Virus record (IMG/VR): IMGVR_UViG_3300031669_000001
Span: 1-64,000 of that record
Origin: a virus
DNA length: 64,000 nucleotides
Reading direction: 5' to 3' (one strand)
Positions 9,112 through 17,380 of this stretch are shown one piece after another (the stretch's first letter is position 1; each line of letters begins with the position of its first letter). The position numbers and the translations under genes were made by a program. Below the pieces are notes generated by a model. The model had not been told where the DNA came from, did no database searches, and saw only the letters and a list, made by a program, of their open reading frames with translations.

Positions 9112-10367
9112 AAGGTAAATCTTTCCTTGATATTGTCTCTTGTAGGCCCACGGCTTTCCAACACGTAAGGTAATCCAATTTCACGAGCAAGTGAAACTGA
9201 GAAGTTATCCTTTGACGCACGCTTACGCTTTCCATTTGAAATGTAACGACCTACGTCGTCGAGATGATCAACGCAAGTAACGGCTAGCTTTGGGTTTACA
9301 TTGAAGCTAGAACCAAACACAGAATCTTTCAGATCAACAGCGATGCGATGACGTAGTTCATCGACATCCAAGTTACCATAACGGAACTTTCCTTGGAACT
9401 CATTTGTAAAGTTCGTAGTTTCCTTGATTCCTTTGTAAGGCTTTTCCTTCAACTCGTTTTCCATTGGACCAGCGCCGTGACGCGTCAAGTAGGCTCTAGT
9501 TACGTAGTAGACGTCGATCGCGTTGATTCCAGCTTCCTTGCAGATTTCTCTAACGTTTGTCAGACCGGTGAAGGACTTAGTTACGTGAGGGTGATGACCA
9601 TTCACTTGATCTAGACCGAGACCTTGACCGCCTTCAAATATCAACGAGTCATGCTTGCTCAAATTTTTTGTGTGCGTGATGGATATTGACTTTCCGAAGA
9701 GAATGATGTCTTCTAGGAACTTCCAGATCAAATTATCGTCCATCACCCGCTTCAGCATTTCATGAGTGTAGGGAATTCCGAGTTGTTGTAACCGCAGTGG
9801 AACCCACTCTTTGCGAATCAACTGTAATTTGTAGTGAAGCTCATCAGTTTTATCGTAGATTGAGTTGTAGTAAACGTCATCTGCATTCAGCTTGAAGATT
9901 GATTTCAGGTCAAATAGCTTGCCATCATTCGCAGACACCACTTCACAATTATTTCGATCGATGGTGTCTGTGACACCTAGACCGCAACTTCCATGTTTGA
10001 AATGTTTCTCGCGATACTCATTGACCATCATGTCGTATGGTGTAGACACCATCACTCTTGGATCAACGAACATCTTTGGAATCTTAACACCGGCGCTCTC
10101 AAGAACTGTGCGTTCTTTGAGGTAGATCATCGGGTTAGCGACGAAGTACTTGCTCAGGAATGTATCGGCACCATGAAACGTTCCCGATCCAAAGTGACTG
10201 AAGACGTGTCGATGACCGCCTGGTGTTACCACTGTGTGACCAGCCTGGGCACCACCATTGAATCGAACAACCAGCTTAGATTTTTCTCGATGTACAAGAT
10301 AGTCAGTGATGAGACCTTTACCCTCGTCACCATAGTTGGCGCCTATTACTACGTGTACGTTGCTCAT
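9108..10367 (-). CDS. adenylosuccinate synthetase (PurA) superfamily enzyme, divergent
   Basis: GANYGDEGKG P-loop, NGGAQAGHT, FEGGQGLGLD, TRHGAGP. The TTGRRRR aspartate loop reads NEFQGKFRYG and the TKLD guanine motif reads TCVD. Confidence 0.75.
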   Translation of the reverse strand: MSNVHVVIGANYGDEGKGLITDYLVHREKSKLVVRFNGGAQAGHTVVTPGGHRHVFSHFGSGTFHGADTFLSKYFVANPMIYLKERTVLESAGVKIPKMFVDPRVMVSTPYDMMVNEYREKHFKHGSCGLGVTDTIDRNNCEVVSANDGKLFDLKSIFKLNADDVYYNSIYDKTDELHYKLQLIRKEWVPLRLQQLGIPYTHEMLKRVMDDNLIWKFLEDIILFGKSISITHTKNLSKHDSLIFEGGQGLGLDQVNGHHPHVTKSFTGLTNVREICKEAGINAIDVYYVTRAYLTRHGAGPMENELKEKPYKGIKETTNFTNEFQGKFRYGNLDVDELRHRIAVDLKDSVFGSSFNVNPKLAVTCVDHLDDVGRYISNGKRKRASKDNFSVSLAREIGLPYVLESRGPTRDNIKERFTL

Positions 10368-10552
10368 TTTATCGTCTTCAAAAAGCCTGTTAGCAGGCGT
10401 TCATTGTCATAAGTTCGAGTTGACTGTTTGCGCTTTGGCTTCGCTGCTTCAGCCATCGCTTGCTTTTTCTTCGAACACGCATCATGATTGCCTTTTCGCC
10501 GAGAACGATGGCAAATTTCGCAGATATTTAGATTGTTCGAGTTGAATTGCAT
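10364..10552 (-). CDS. small basic Cys/His protein
   Basis: 62-aa ORF with CEICH...HDAC, first gene after promoter 10582..10610. Confidence 0.5.
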   Translation of the reverse strand: MQFNSNNLNICEICHRSRRKGNHDACSKKKQAMAEAAKPKRKQSTRTYDNERLLTGFLKTIK

Positions 10553-10581
10553 TGTGATTACCTTTTAATTTCGATGGGTTA

Positions 10582-10610
10582 ATTTTATCACAATATGAAT
10601 AAAAAGTAAA
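10582..10610 (-). promoter_or_regulatory. early sigma70-like phage promoter
   Basis: -35 TTTACT, 17-nt spacer, -10 TAAAAT. Confidence 0.65.
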
Positions 10611-10618
10611 CACTTAAA

Positions 10619-10652
10619 TGAAAAAAGAGCAAGAATTTCCATCCTTGCTCTT
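10619..10652 (-). terminator. rho-independent terminator
   Basis: Stem AGAGCAAG/CTTGCTCT with an 11-nt loop, followed by a T-run on the minus strand. Lies directly after the vWA gene. Confidence 0.7.
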
Positions 10653-10670
10653 TTTGATAGGTGCTACGAT

Positions 10671-11633
10671 TTAAACAGAGGCTTTTGCTTTGACTTTCTT
10701 CTTGTCGAAGCGAACTACTCCGCCGCGCTTCACTGCAACGTCTGTAGAGCTCGACATGCCAGCGACTGCTTTCGCTACCACGACCGAGGTATCTCCAGAC
10801 CAGGTAGCTGCAACCACTGCAGCCGATGATCCTTCGACCACTTGAATCGCCGATACGATCACTTCAGACAGCTTGGTATAATCTGCCAGAGGCAGAACGC
10901 GTTCAGCTCCGATCAAGTTGTTCCAGGATTTGATGACGGAATCTCTTCCATACATACAACCATTTCCTTGTTCAATCACAACGTGGAAGATGTGGTACAT
11001 CTTCGAAGCCATCGCGAACAGTTCCTTCGAGCTGATGAAATCAGGAACGTCATCACCGATGAACCTTTTGATCTGTGCAGGATTCAGACCAGGCGGTGCA
11101 GGTTCATCGCCTACTGTGAACAGATAACCCTTCTTGCCGCGCTTTTCGAAGCAATCGATAGAAGTGTGTTGAGCTGCGAAGTACCATGGCAGATCATACG
11201 ATTCGAAGTTATTGCCGCCGCCACGACCTTCCAAGAAGATGTCTGTCAGCTGTTCGATGATTCGATTGTCTGCCTCAAACTGAGACACCTGCAGCGGGTA
11301 ATTGTCACAGTAAGCATCACCATTGGCCATGAACATCAGGTGTGGATCAGATACAGGTTTGCGATCCAGAATTTCATTGAACAGAACACCCAGGCCTTCG
11401 CGAGCGATACTTTCAGCGATCATACCCATGGATCCAGTAACGTCCAAGGTGACGATGATGGCTGTAGAATTTGGATTGTCAACTGAATCGCGAGATTCAC
11501 GGACTGCAACGTTCAACGGGCTCAGGTGATCTTTGGCTGCGCTTTTGGTTGCAAAAATTTTATCGGCGGACTTACCGACGGTGCTTCTAGAGTATGAGTC
11601 CCAGTCCTTGGAACTCCAGCTGCCTCCACCCAT
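10671..11633 (-). CDS. von Willebrand factor A (vWA) domain protein
   Basis: IIVTLDVTGSMG is a MIDAS DxSGS-type motif. The C-terminal tail is Ala/Val/Ser-rich and basic. Confidence 0.7.
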   Translation of the reverse strand: MGGGSWSSKDWDSYSRSTVGKSADKIFATKSAAKDHLSPLNVAVRESRDSVDNPNSTAIIVTLDVTGSMGMIAESIAREGLGVLFNEILDRKPVSDPHLMFMANGDAYCDNYPLQVSQFEADNRIIEQLTDIFLEGRGGGNNFESYDLPWYFAAQHTSIDCFEKRGKKGYLFTVGDEPAPPGLNPAQIKRFIGDDVPDFISSKELFAMASKMYHIFHVVIEQGNGCMYGRDSVIKSWNNLIGAERVLPLADYTKLSEVIVSAIQVVEGSSAAVVAATWSGDTSVVVAKAVAGMSSSTDVAVKRGGVVRFDKKKVKAKASV

Positions 11634-11634
11634 T

Positions 11635-11982
11635 TTAGTTCTCCTTTTTAAAGATAAAGTATGATGATTCTGTTTCGTAATAAGGTTGTTTTAAATACTG
11701 CACTTTCCAACCTGCCGTTTCAAAGAGTGGTTCAACGTCGAGCCAACCTTTGTTGTATGCATCTACATCTCCAAACTCTTCCTTATGAGCTTCAATGTAA
11801 GATTGAATCTGTTTGTAGACAGTCGTCTGTTTCACCTCGGCGTAATTGCTAGTTGAATTAAAATTCTTGGCGATTTCCGCGTTGAAGATTCCAATTACAA
11901 AGTATGGAATCTTCTGAGCCTTTTCCAACTTAATCTGACGCTTAAAGCTCAGTACTTCATCAGGTCCTATCGGTTCCATCAT
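11635..11982 (-). CDS. hypothetical protein
   Basis: 115-aa ORF lying between the J-domain and vWA genes, coupled to both. Confidence 0.6.
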   Translation of the reverse strand: MMEPIGPDEVLSFKRQIKLEKAQKIPYFVIGIFNAEIAKNFNSTSNYAEVKQTTVYKQIQSYIEAHKEEFGDVDAYNKGWLDVEPLFETAGWKVQYLKQPYYETESSYFIFKKEN

Positions 11983-13025
11983 TTGCTCCCATAAAGATCA
12001 TCTGCGGTCAACTTCAAATCCACGAACCTCCGAGGACCAAAGCTGTCTATTACTGTCTTGGTGTGCCAAGTCTTGTACTCTTCGTAGGCATCACCTTTGC
12101 TCATAGTTCTCAACCAACTTATCAGTTGAGGTGGAATGCTCTTGTTCATGAGCAGCTTTGAGCCTACGATGTCACCAAGTAACTGTCTAGCGGTAGCGTG
12201 AAGAAGTTCCAGATCGATTTTTGGATCAGCTTTTTGAGCATCCAGAACATCTTCTGGTGAAAATTCTACAGCTACTCCAGGTAACGCGTCAAGCGGTTTC
12301 CCTATCTCTCGAGCATACCACCAACCACCAAGCAGGTGAACAGTGTGTTCTCCTGGTGAGATCAGACAGGAATCTACTGTGATTCCAGCGTGCATCAAAT
12401 TTGCATACTTTAGATAGCAGCAGATGCTATACAGACGGCTGATCATCCAAGCAACATGCTTTGGATCAACCTCGCCGTTGAAGTGAGAGAGAACATCGCT
12501 CATCAACAATTGGTCAGGAGTCTTCTTGATCAGCATCACCAAGCGCTCGTCAGTGACCAACTCAGAATGAATTTCAGGCAACAGCTTCTTTACCTCATTC
12601 TTCATCTTGTCATCTGCAAACTTGAAGTTCTTGATGATGCGTTGAGCGTTCTTGTAGAGGTCTTCATTGTCCTTGTACAGAGAGTACGCAACGACGGTAT
12701 CACCGACGTAGATGTCTCCTAGCTCGAATGCTCTGGTGGCTTTGTACTTCAATTTGAATTTTTTGCCATCCACAGTTTTGAATACAATGACTCCTGGAGT
12801 GACCCAGGTGTCTGTGGCGAGTCTGAAGACGGCGAGATTATAGACTACATTAACGTGCGCCATAACGTCTTCATCGACCATTGGGTTCTGATCGGGGTGC
12901 CAGGCGGAGACGAGTTTACGATACTCTACCTTGGCGACTTCAGTGTCGGCGGTGAACAATTGTTCAGGTTGGTCTACAGGGATGGCTAAGATGTCATCGG
13001 CTGTGAGCGTTGAGATGTCTTTCAT
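11979..13025 (-). CDS. J-domain protein fused to a kinase-like (probably pseudokinase) domain
   Basis: YRKLVSAWHPDQNP carries the HPD J-domain signature. The C-terminal region LMHAGITVDSCLI resembles a degenerate HxDxxxxN catalytic loop. Start set at the ATG 13025 (GAGGA SD). Confidence 0.6.
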   Translation of the reverse strand: MKDISTLTADDILAIPVDQPEQLFTADTEVAKVEYRKLVSAWHPDQNPMVDEDVMAHVNVVYNLAVFRLATDTWVTPGVIVFKTVDGKKFKLKYKATRAFELGDIYVGDTVVAYSLYKDNEDLYKNAQRIIKNFKFADDKMKNEVKKLLPEIHSELVTDERLVMLIKKTPDQLLMSDVLSHFNGEVDPKHVAWMISRLYSICCYLKYANLMHAGITVDSCLISPGEHTVHLLGGWWYAREIGKPLDALPGVAVEFSPEDVLDAQKADPKIDLELLHATARQLLGDIVGSKLLMNKSIPPQLISWLRTMSKGDAYEEYKTWHTKTVIDSFGPRRFVDLKLTADDLYGSK

Positions 13026-13075
13026 CACTTCCTCACTTTGTAAAGGCTCTTGAAGAAACTCCTTCTTCAAGATAG

Positions 13076-13083
13076 TATTTATC
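13076..13083 (-). promoter_or_regulatory. possible T4-type late promoter
   Basis: GATAAATA about 50 nt upstream of ATG 13025. Confidence 0.25.
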
Positions 13084-13092
13084 TATGGAAAG

Positions 13093-13121
13093 ATTATAAT
13101 CCAATTTTTGATGAATGTACA
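13093..13121 (-). promoter_or_regulatory. early sigma70-like phage promoter
   Basis: -35 TGTACA, 17-nt spacer, -10 TATAAT. Confidence 0.55.
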
Positions 13122-13122
13122 A

Positions 13123-13266
13123 TTATTTGTTGCAACCTTGAGAAGTAGCAGCGGTGCCGACTTTACCATGCCCAGTAAGAACGGGGATAGTTACAGCGGC
13201 AATGATTCCGATGATTGCAATGACGATCATCAGTTCTGTCAAGGTAAAACCTTTAGTTGCTTTCAT
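13123..13266 (-). CDS. 47-aa prepilin-like peptide (class III signal peptide only)
   Basis: MKATKG|FTLTELMIVIAIIGIIAAVTIPVL... with Gly-1, Phe+1 and Glu+5. AAGGAG SD. Not in the ORF track. Confidence 0.65.
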   Translation of the reverse strand: MKATKGFTLTELMIVIAIIGIIAAVTIPVLTGHGKVGTAATSQGCNK

Positions 13267-13324
13267 TTCATTCTCCTTAGTATATTCACAATCAGGCGCC
13301 GAGCAGCCACATAGTGGACAATGG

Positions 13325-13465
13325 CTAGAACTTCAAGTGTTGTGTTTGATTCATTGGGATGATCTTGTCATGTTTCAAAAACGGAGTGACGAGAGCGGTG
13401 ATGATGATCAGAATTGCGACAACGATCAACATCTCGATTACTGTAAAGCCTTTGTTTGCTTTCAT
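13325..13465 (-). CDS. 46-aa prepilin-like peptide (class III signal peptide only)
   Basis: MKANKG|FTVIEMLIVVAILIIITALV... with Gly-1, Phe+1 and Glu+5. AAGGAG SD. Not in the ORF track. Confidence 0.65.
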   Translation of the reverse strand: MKANKGFTVIEMLIVVAILIIITALVTPFLKHDKIIPMNQTQHLKF

Positions 13466-13466
13466 G

Positions 13467-13742
13467 TTAACTCCTTGGTACTTCAACTAACTGGAAAATT
13501 TTCCATTTGCGATCTGGGGCTTTTGACTTGACATACTTGAGAAACTTATTCGCTGATGACCAAGTCCCATAATGAACTTCGTTACCATAGGCGTACACTC
13601 CGATAGCACCAGAATCTTTCACCCAATAGTGACCGACAGAGTAGTTGAATGACTTTTCTTCTTCTTTAGGCTTTGCTTTCTTCTTTGTCTTCTCGGTCTG
13701 ATCGATAGCTTCTTCAAGAGCCTTTATTCCGTCACTCATCAT
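13467..13742 (-). CDS. hypothetical protein
   Basis: 91-aa ORF. Confidence 0.6.
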   Translation of the reverse strand: MMSDGIKALEEAIDQTEKTKKKAKPKEEEKSFNYSVGHYWVKDSGAIGVYAYGNEVHYGTWSSANKFLKYVKSKAPDRKWKIFQLVEVPRS

Positions 13743-13751
13743 TTTCCCCGA

Positions 13752-14000
13752 TCAATAGTTGAAGTTTCTGCGCTCATCAAGTTGAGCTTGCATTGGCTTT
13801 GCGAGGTTATAAACCTCCATTACGTTCTGCATGTTGTTGCCATTACGAACAGAAACTTCATAACGAGGGTCTTGACCTGGCATGATGTAGACGGGATAAT
13901 CATCCCAGTCAAAAGTGTCCACCATCACCACCATGTGGGTTGCCTGAATCTCAACACCCTTTTCAAACCACTCTTTAATGTCTTCTCTAGTTGCTGCCAT
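13752..14000 (-). CDS. hypothetical protein
   Basis: 82-aa ORF with a GGAGAAAG SD. Confidence 0.6.
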   Translation of the reverse strand: MAATREDIKEWFEKGVEIQATHMVVMVDTFDWDDYPVYIMPGQDPRYEVSVRNGNNMQNVMEVYNLAKPMQAQLDERRNFNY

Positions 14001-14009
14001 ATCTTTCTC

Positions 14010-14276
14010 CTAAATTGGGATACCTTTATCCCAATTATCTGCGCTTGCAATTTCCTGATACTCTCGCGATTCTCCTAAAATCTCTATTTGAATCACTTCG
14101 CCTTTGCTCGTAGTAAACTCTGTGATGTCCAATGGGCTTCCAGTTAAAGCGCGCACCATCTGATCGATGATCCAAGCATTTTGCCCCAGCGTAGTCTCAA
14201 CGTTCGCGTACCGCTTGGCAATGTTGAGAGCATGAACAGCTGGAATAGGGTCCCAACAGGGATTCCTTATGAGCAT
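14010..14276 (-). CDS. hypothetical protein
   Basis: 88-aa ORF. Confidence 0.55.
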   Translation of the reverse strand: MLIRNPCWDPIPAVHALNIAKRYANVETTLGQNAWIIDQMVRALTGSPLDITEFTTSKGEVIQIEILGESREYQEIASADNWDKGIPI

Positions 14277-14277
14277 C

Positions 14278-14625
14278 TTACTTTACGATTTCAACTTTTG
14301 TGATCATGCGGCCAGATGACGTACAGAACGCTACACGCTTTGCATCGTATGTCAGCTTGACGAGTTCGCCTGTTTCATTTGCGCGCAGAAGAATCTTCAG
14401 GTCAGCAGGATTGATCACGTTGGCGTAGATGTCTTGAGTAGACATCGAACCTGTTCCATTGCGCATCACACCAAGGCTGAGATCGATGTCGATGTAGTTA
14501 TCACAAAACATTGGAGTGTTGTGAACGACGCGCTTTACTTGACCTACGACTTCTACGTCACGAGCTTGATAACCACAAGCTGTAAGGCTCATTGCGATTG
14601 CTATAACTGCTAAAATCTTTTTCAA
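14278..14625 (-). CDS. lipoprotein
   Basis: MKKILAVIAIAMSLTAC has a signal peptide with an L-T-A-C lipobox. Confidence 0.7.
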   Translation of the reverse strand: MKKILAVIAIAMSLTACGYQARDVEVVGQVKRVVHNTPMFCDNYIDIDLSLGVMRNGTGSMSTQDIYANVINPADLKILLRANETGELVKLTYDAKRVAFCTSSGRMITKVEIVK

Positions 14626-14635
14626 AATATTCTCC

Positions 14636-14989
14636 TTAAATGCTCAATGCTCTTTGAATTTGAATAGCCTTGTCGCGACGACCTGCGTCAAAGAATTCTT
14701 CTTGTGATTCCCGAATCTTGCGCTTCAGAACCTTGACGTCAATGTTACGCAAAGCTGTTGAGTTAACCCACTCGTTAATCAGTACAGCTTCAACTTTATC
14801 TTTGATCATCGCATTCAATTCCTGACCTTCAGGCGAAGACTTGAAGATCGTCATTCCGATTTTCAAGATGCAATCAGATATCCAGTATGATGTGGAGTTT
14901 TGAGAGATCGAGTGATCGCCTTCAATGTGAAAAACCTTACATGCGCTGCATTGCCGATCACCCGTTCCAATTACAACGTCATCCCACAT
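14636..14989 (-). CDS. hypothetical protein
   Basis: 117-aa ORF. Confidence 0.6.
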   Translation of the reverse strand: MWDDVVIGTGDRQCSACKVFHIEGDHSISQNSTSYWISDCILKIGMTIFKSSPEGQELNAMIKDKVEAVLINEWVNSTALRNIDVKVLKRKIRESQEEFFDAGRRDKAIQIQRALSI

Positions 14990-15044
14990 TAGATTATCCT
15001 CTCATTTATCATGCCGCACTTGCTACAAGTCCGACGCTGTCTCT

Positions 15045-15185
15045 CTATACAGTTGTTATCGTTTTTACTATCTCTCCCCAAACAGACCACTTATGTCCCC
15101 AAGCACAAGGATCATTCCTAGTAGCAAAGTAGATTATGATCGTGACAAAAGCGACAAAAATTGAAATGAAAATTATTGCAGTCAT
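15045..15185 (-). CDS. 46-aa single-pass membrane peptide (not in ORF track)
   Basis: MTAIIFISIFVAFVTIIIYFATRND... with an AGGAGA SD. Confidence 0.45.
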   Translation of the reverse strand: MTAIIFISIFVAFVTIIIYFATRNDPCAWGHKWSVWGEIVKTITTV

Positions 15186-15194
15186 ATATTTCTC

Positions 15195-16610
15195 CTATTT
15201 GTCATCCCTCAGGCAGGTAAAGAATGGGAAACGCAGAGCGTAGGTGTCAGAGTTTTCAGCCAGGGATAGTTCTTGACATTCGATAGTGCAGGTCTCGCCG
15301 ATAAACTTGTCTTGGTTGTTCCAAGCGTAGGTGCGGAAGAACTCATCGTTAGATACTCCGCTTGCCAGGATAGCTGCGATGTCGATCTTGTTGGCTTTTG
15401 CGAACTTCGCCAACCAAGCTTTGTAGTTCTTGTGGCTGACCTTGATGCCGCCGCAACGAGACTTGATCTTGTTACCATTTTCGTCCTTGCCTTCAACGAA
15501 GAAGCCACCGAGACGGCCTTCATTCTTGGTACCGGCGCGGCCTTCGAAGCAACCAACGATCTTGACGTCCACGTCGATGACAGGCTTCCACTTCGACCAA
15601 GTAGCTGTACGCTTCTTGTTGTTCCATTCATACTTGCCGCTGAGGTACTTGATGATCAGACCTTCATCTTGACCAGCGATACCGAGCTCAGTAACTTCGG
15701 CGTAGAATTCTTGGGCTTCTGCCAAGTTTTTCAAGATGCGATACTTTGACTTCACGATTGTGGTCAGGTTGAGCTTCTTGATTACCTTTTCAAGATCACC
15801 AGATCGTGCATATTGAGGCTTAGGGCAGCTTTGAGCTTCCCATTCAGTGAGAGTCATCGTGTCGAATACGTAGAAGCGCATTCCAGATTTGTCACCTTTG
15901 GAACCTTTTGCTTTCGCTGTAGCAGACATTCCACCATCAGCCAAAGCTTCACCATCGACGATGATAGGTTGACCAACTTCTTGTTCCATCTTGATGAGTT
16001 CATCATCGAACAAACCATTCCATTGATCTGCAGATTTGCCGGAGCGAGACAGGTACTCGACTTCACCGTTCTGAACCTTTGCAACCAAGCGCATACCGTC
16101 ATATTTGACTTCGCCCATGCACGGGAATTCCCAACGATATTTTGGGTAAACGATTTCACCCTTTGCGTTCTTACGATGCTCGATCTTTTCGCAGAGCATC
16201 AACTCGAAGCCAGGAATCTTCAACTGAGGGTAAACTTTTTCGAAGGTGTTGGTGTTACCACCGCACTTCAGGTCTTTCAGGAGGACACGTTCGAGGACGG
16301 AAGCAGTACGTTCATCGTACAGTCCGAGGACGGCAGTTACTGCATTCTTTGCAGCGTTGCCAGTCAGAACTCGATCATTAAGTTGGTCTAGGAGTTCGAA
16401 GAAGAGCTTGAAAGAACCATTGCGTCCATCCAAGTTGCCGAATGCCTGTGGTTGTTCCCACTTGCGAATACCAAAGACACGATAAGGATTTTCAGTTTCC
16501 AGCAACAGACGAACACCGTCTGCATCCAGGCCGGAAAGTGCTTCGAATTTTTCTTTCTTCGTTGAAATCTTTTCAGCTGTAAGAATTGCATCTGCGAAGG
16601 ACTTTGCCAT
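15195..16610 (-). CDS. ATP-dependent DNA ligase
   Basis: EVKYDGMR motif I, EGLIIK motif IV, WSKWKP motif V, then an OB-like C-terminus. Start at ATG 16610 (AGGAGA SD). Confidence 0.85.
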   Translation of the reverse strand: MAKSFADAILTAEKISTKKEKFEALSGLDADGVRLLLETENPYRVFGIRKWEQPQAFGNLDGRNGSFKLFFELLDQLNDRVLTGNAAKNAVTAVLGLYDERTASVLERVLLKDLKCGGNTNTFEKVYPQLKIPGFELMLCEKIEHRKNAKGEIVYPKYRWEFPCMGEVKYDGMRLVAKVQNGEVEYLSRSGKSADQWNGLFDDELIKMEQEVGQPIIVDGEALADGGMSATAKAKGSKGDKSGMRFYVFDTMTLTEWEAQSCPKPQYARSGDLEKVIKKLNLTTIVKSKYRILKNLAEAQEFYAEVTELGIAGQDEGLIIKYLSGKYEWNNKKRTATWSKWKPVIDVDVKIVGCFEGRAGTKNEGRLGGFFVEGKDENGNKIKSRCGGIKVSHKNYKAWLAKFAKANKIDIAAILASGVSNDEFFRTYAWNNQDKFIGETCTIECQELSLAENSDTYALRFPFFTCLRDDK

Positions 16611-16638
16611 TGATAATCTCCTGTTTTCCAATAAGGTA

Positions 16639-16666
16639 ATTATAACACAGCAGCGATAGAAGTAAA
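16639..16666 (-). promoter_or_regulatory. early sigma70-like phage promoter
   Basis: -35 TTTACT, 16-nt spacer, -10 TATAAT. Confidence 0.65.
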
Positions 16667-16669
16667 CAC

Positions 16670-16885
16670 TTATTTTGGGATCGTGCTCTTTTCATGCTCT
16701 TCAAGAGAAGATAGGAACATCTGTAGCATCTGAAGTTTTGACTTGACACTTTGAAGAGACGTGTGAGCTCGATCATAATCAAGAACACCATCCGGGTACG
16801 CAAAATCAGCGCTAGTTGTCATTGAATCTACAGTTTTCTTCAAGAATTTGACGGTGTCCAGCGACACTTGTGTTTCGATGTTCAT
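16670..16885 (-). CDS. hypothetical protein
   Basis: Start trimmed to MNIETQ (GGAGA SD). Confidence 0.5.
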   Translation of the reverse strand: MNIETQVSLDTVKFLKKTVDSMTTSADFAYPDGVLDYDRAHTSLQSVKSKLQMLQMFLSSLEEHEKSTIPK

Positions 16886-16975
16886 GTTATTCTCCATTTG
16901 GGTTGAGTTCGTCAAGATACTTGTTAACAATTCTGATGTACCTGCGAAGGTCATCAGAAATCAAAGCTGGATAGG

Positions 16976-17380
16976 TCATCGTGAACGGTGCCCCGCTGGA
17001 AAGTGAACAGGCAACGCTTTACCTTCCTTCTTCTTAAATTTTTGAACCTTGTGACGAATGTGAGGGAGATAGTGATTACCCCTGTTCATCACGGTGACGA
17101 TGTAGCGACCACTGGGATTTGAGATCCCGACGAAGACGTTGTCGTCACGAACGAACAGCGTGTAGCAATTATCAAATCCATACTTCTCACCGAGCATCGT
17201 CATGAAGATGCTATTGTTCAGGAAGCTTTTTTCTTCCTTTGATTCCGCCATTAGCTTGTAGGCTTCCTTCAGCCGTAAAGCTGGCGGTAGCGCTTCTACT
17301 TTTGTAGAAAATTCATGATTGCGTTCACAAAGCCGTTCAACGGCATGTTTTGTTAAGATGTAGTCAAGCGATTTAGACAT
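16976..17380 (-). CDS. hypothetical protein
   Basis: Start at MSKSLDY (GGAGG SD). Confidence 0.6.
   Translation of the reverse strand: MSKSLDYILTKHAVERLCERNHEFSTKVEALPPALRLKEAYKLMAESKEEKSFLNNSIFMTMLGEKYGFDNCYTLFVRDDNVFVGISNPSGRYIVTVMNRGNHYLPHIRHKVQKFKKKEGKALPVHFPAGHRSR

Noticed and set aside
9108-10367. Calling the PurA-like gene PurZ, which would imply a 2-aminoadenine (Z) genome.
   Set aside because: I saw no DatZ (HD dATPase), MazZ or DpoZ-like genes in this window. The aspartate loop that PurZ should retain looks non-canonical. The family assignment needs a real alignment, so it is kept as an open hypothesis only.
10842-11486. Long + strand ORFs inside minus-strand genes. Examples are 10842..11486 (214 aa), 15273..15749, 15813..16391, 24159..24779, 31294..31827 and 9993..10412.
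   Set aside because: They lie fully antisense to ORFs that carry clear domain motifs (vWA, DNA ligase, PcfJ, ligase-like, PurA-like). They have no SD and their sequences are low-complexity or odd. They are shadow ORFs.
15209-15631. A 140-aa alternative-frame minus-strand ORF inside the DNA ligase gene.
   Set aside because: It overlaps the motif-bearing ligase frame completely. Its product is Ser/Arg/Thr-rich, as expected from an out-of-frame translation.
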